A stretch of DNA of 64,000 nt, taken from the NCBI GenBank assembly GCA_977016875.1, contig CDRNST010000011.1, forward strand, positions 1,426,001 through 1,490,000. Direction: 5' to 3'. A program made the translations under genes and the position numbers. This document shows, one piece after another, positions 61,001 to 64,000 of the stretch. The notes beneath the pieces are model-generated. The model did no database searches. It had not been told where the DNA came from and saw only the letters and a program-made list of their open reading frames with translations. This stretch comes from Pavona decussata (taxonomy: Eukaryota). Positions within the stretch are counted from its first letter, which is position 1. Each line of letters opens with the position of its first letter.

Positions 61001-64000
61001 GAAATTTTGGTCTTTATTTATACAAGGTACCAAATATTTCTTTTCATTGTCATGGCTGTTGAATAGTGCTGTAAAAAGGGAGGGGGTGGGGGGGTGACTT
61101 TATCCAGAGACCATAACCTTGAGAACTCTTGGAGGAGGGTTGTGGTGTTCCGTTGGTAGGGAGTAGAAACAAACGTTTGGTTTATCAACAGAGTTGATAA
61201 ATAAAGATAAATTGGCCACCGTAAAGAGATTCGAGTACTGATTTTTCGAGGGTTAGCTCTTCCTAAGAGCGAATCCAGGAATTGTGGGTTGTTTGTGTTT
61301 GTATAGTGAGCATATTCACTTTTTAAACTACTGAGGCCAGTTTTTTAAAGTTTCCAAAATTATGTGTGAAAAAAAATCAAAATCTAGATATGTTTTTGTA
61401 CTGGATGTACTCTTAGCTTTAGATCAAACTAGTCTACAGGCCTTCCATGCAAAAAGTCAGAAACAAAAAAAATTGAAATTTAGCGAAACTCATTAAAAAT
61501 CTCAACAGACAGGGGGAAGAGTAGCTGTCTTTTTTGCAAGCATGGTCAAGGAGTCTGTAACACTTCCTTTTTGGAAGCGAGCATGAGAAGCAAATGAAAG
61601 TTTCTGGAGAAAAGGAGCGTAAAAAATGGAGGAGGTGGGGGGAGGGGTGGGGTGGGATAGGAAGTCCATCCTTGCCCCTCTCCCCCTCCCACCTGTAACC
61701 TTTTTTGTTCCTTTTTGTACTCTATGGTACCTCCCATAGAGGTCATGTAGAAAGTTTTACAATACAATTGTAAAACGCAGTTAATGGAACGTGACGCCCT
61801 TAGCCCCGGGTGGCATCTCTACGTACTGTACTTTAGACTTATCACTGTATCATTGTCACGTTAGTCAATAGTCACATTGTAATATGTTGCGACATTGTCT
61901 GGAGACAAGTTAGTTCGCTTTTTCTGTATGGCTAAACCAGTGAATGGTGCATTCATGTCGCATTTGCTATGATGTAAAGTCTATCATAAGCATAGTACAA
62001 CCCTGGCCATTGGCTCTGACATTGAACGCTGTCTAGCTTTAAATGTGCGATAGAATATTCTAAGTCACACTTGGTTACGACGTGGTTTTATCTACTGTTA
62101 CGCTGTAAAAAATGTACCCACCCTCCCTCCCTTTGGGGGTTGATCTGTGATATAACAAATAAACTTGGGGATGCCTATCAGCGGTTGCGCTTCGGTTAAG
62201 TCTGCGTAGCGACTTCCCCAAGCTAAGTTCTCTAGTTCATTTCAATGACTTTTGGTAATATTGACCTGCCAATACTCCGGTCCGACCCAGCAGCGCTGGT
62301 GAGATAGGTGAGGCATGATAGGTCATTCAGTTAATTAGGTTTGCGCGTTGCTGGCCTAGATGGCAGCTCGTAGCGCTCTAGTTTTGCGACCTGCCAATAC
62401 TCTTCTTGGAGTGGCGCTGCTGGCCTAGCTGTGCTGCTGTTGCAGTGCGTTGTTGTGTTTTGTTGTTGTTGGCCTAGGTGCAGCTGGAAGTGCCAGAGAA
62501 GTGAGGCCTTAAAATGGTCACGCAATAGTAGTCGCCAGTCACGCCAATCGCCGAGCGGTGTCCCCCAAATTAATGCCAAACGTGTCTTGTGGTCCTTACT
62601 TTAGTTTATTACTCTACGTTTCATTAAAGCTTGTATGTTTGGATACTCTAAACGGAACAGTGACATTAAGGCCATTTTGTCCTATGCTTCTTACTAATTT
62701 TGCTTTCTTTTTTAGAGCAAGTCTTGCATAATTTTAGTCAGCAATCAGGAGCATGGCACCAATGTGTATATTTTATGAACAACTGTTCAAACCAGTATGT
62801 TCTGATGTATGCAATTTCTGTGTTTGAGGTAGGGGAATGCTTAACTTAATAACTGCTAACTTTTTTCCAACTCAGATGGTTGATGTGTTTACCTGTGAGA
62901 GCTGTCAGAATTTCTGGTGATGTTCTTTTAAGACCTCAAAAAGACTCTGAAAGAGGTTCCAAAGATTTCTAAAGTTGTGAAGTTGTTCTGGATAATTTAT
63001 GCTTGGTTTGAGAACTTTCATGCTAGATATTTTTCATTTTCTTTTTTCTCAGATTCATTACTATAATAATTATGAAACAGTGGAAAATAAAAGTAATGCA
63101 AGTTAACTTAATTGAAAATTTTCAAACCAAAAACAAATGTCTGTCACAGCAAATATGGTGATTTAATTCCCCAGTACTTGTTAAATTCATGATAAATTCT
63201 AAAAACAATGGTTGATTTAACATTTACAAGCTTCAATTTGTAGGGCATGGGAAGTTGTTTTGCATGCATGAGATGGTGTGAGATCAAAGGTTTTAAGATT
63301 CATAGCCCGGTTGATACTCACATGACCCCCTTGAGATGTCGACAGACATGAAAATGAAACTGAACTATGCATGTATCACAGAACAGGGTGTAGCTGTAAA
63401 CACTCTACTTACAGCCTCATGGTTCTACAAGAAAGTCATCTTAATTAACATTTTTTTAGTTTCTTCATACAGTGAATCCTGTATTTGGTGGACCTATACA
63501 CCCTCTGTTATTAAAGCAGACACTAGCTTGAGGACCATAGTGTTTTTCCCATATTTACCAGTTGTAAAAGGAACAGCAGCAGACAATTGGGGACACCAAA
63601 ATGAAGCCATTATTTTTCTTACGCAAAACCTATATCAAGTGTTTTCTAGACCATGCCGTATATTGGGAGATTGTTACCATTCTGAATTGTGAACTAAGAT
63701 ATAATGAAAACATAGGGGTATAATGAACAAGGGGATACAAAAGGATTCATTATAAACTCTTTTTGCACAGCATTTGTATTAAGCAGACAACCTTTAATAA
63801 GACATAGCGAGGCTCCCAAAATGTCCACTTATCACAGGTTTCACCATATCTTAACTTTTTATTTCATTTTTACAGAATCTAATAAATAAACAGTGGATAG
63901 GAGCACCCCCAGGAGATAAGGCAGAAGTGCGTCGATTTCTCAATGAATACCTGCTGTCTCACCACAAGAAGCTTCCAGTATACATTACAAACAAACTTGT
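58010..64000 (+). CDS. XPO6: Exportin-6, 5' part (continues beyond the window)
   Basis: Exons 58010-58012 (ATG only, then gtaagc), 60847-60937, 62716-62828, 63876-end give MSSDTASLHALELLMNEFFDASTNNHRKREIEQVLHNFSQQSGAW..YVLMYAISVFENLINKQW..LLSHHKKLPVYITNKL. This matches the XPO6 N-terminus as I recall it. The position of the first exon is less certain. Confidence 0.92.
58724..59425. mobile_element. 702-bp MITE with about 33-bp TIRs and 8-bp target duplication, inserted into a palindromic Crypton-like element (about 58475-59465)
   Basis: catctcat|cccaggggctccacttacatattttaatgacgg ... ccgtcattaaaatatgtgagtggggcccctggg|catctcat. The host arms aacaattattcca..gttggatatgagatg and catctcatatccaac..tggaataattgtt rejoin when the insert is removed. 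Confidence 0.88.
59470..60390. mobile_element. Cluster of nested non-autonomous palindromic elements
   Basis: The outer element (family of 6295-6630) is split at about 59778/60345 by elements carrying aacaattagattat..tcataatctaattgtt. Confidence 0.6.
60416..60502. mobile_element. 87-bp mini element containing (TTAGGG)3, flanked by a 13-bp direct repeat
   Basis: TIRs aggagttcatggatgaaccc / ggggtcatacatgaactcct; aactggaaatggg at 60401 and 60503. Confidence 0.65.

Overview
AT-rich, intron-rich animal genomic DNA. The gene set and repeat families suggest a stony coral or related anthozoan, which is inference. Five genes could be rebuilt exon by exon. (1) A complete 22-exon Caskin gene (+, 3134-30874, about 1386 aa: ankyrin repeats, SH3, two SAM domains, Caskin tail). 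(2, 3) Two tandem ASTE1/asteroid-like XPG/PIN nuclease paralogs on the minus strand: copy A at 33381-37973 (636 aa) and copy B at 40423-46019 (631 aa). (4) A complete mLST8 gene (+, 46444-55030, 318 aa), head-to-head with copy B and carrying a U12-type first intron. (5) The 5' part of exportin-6 (+, 58010 to window end). Introns are packed with MITEs (some nested), tRNA-derived SINEs, LINE fragments, a Helentron/DINE-like element and minisatellites. The most striking result is that copy B keeps all the acidic catalytic motifs but has replaced the basic/NRFxxL C-terminus of copy A with a 21-residue hydrophobic tail anchor. This predicts a membrane-tethered nuclease, conceptually like TREX1, beside a soluble sister. 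A decayed copy of mLST8 exon 1, with its U12 donor, lies upstream of copy A and records the duplication. The two copies show one-directional CpG loss in copy B. All coordinates were read by eye and no searches were run.
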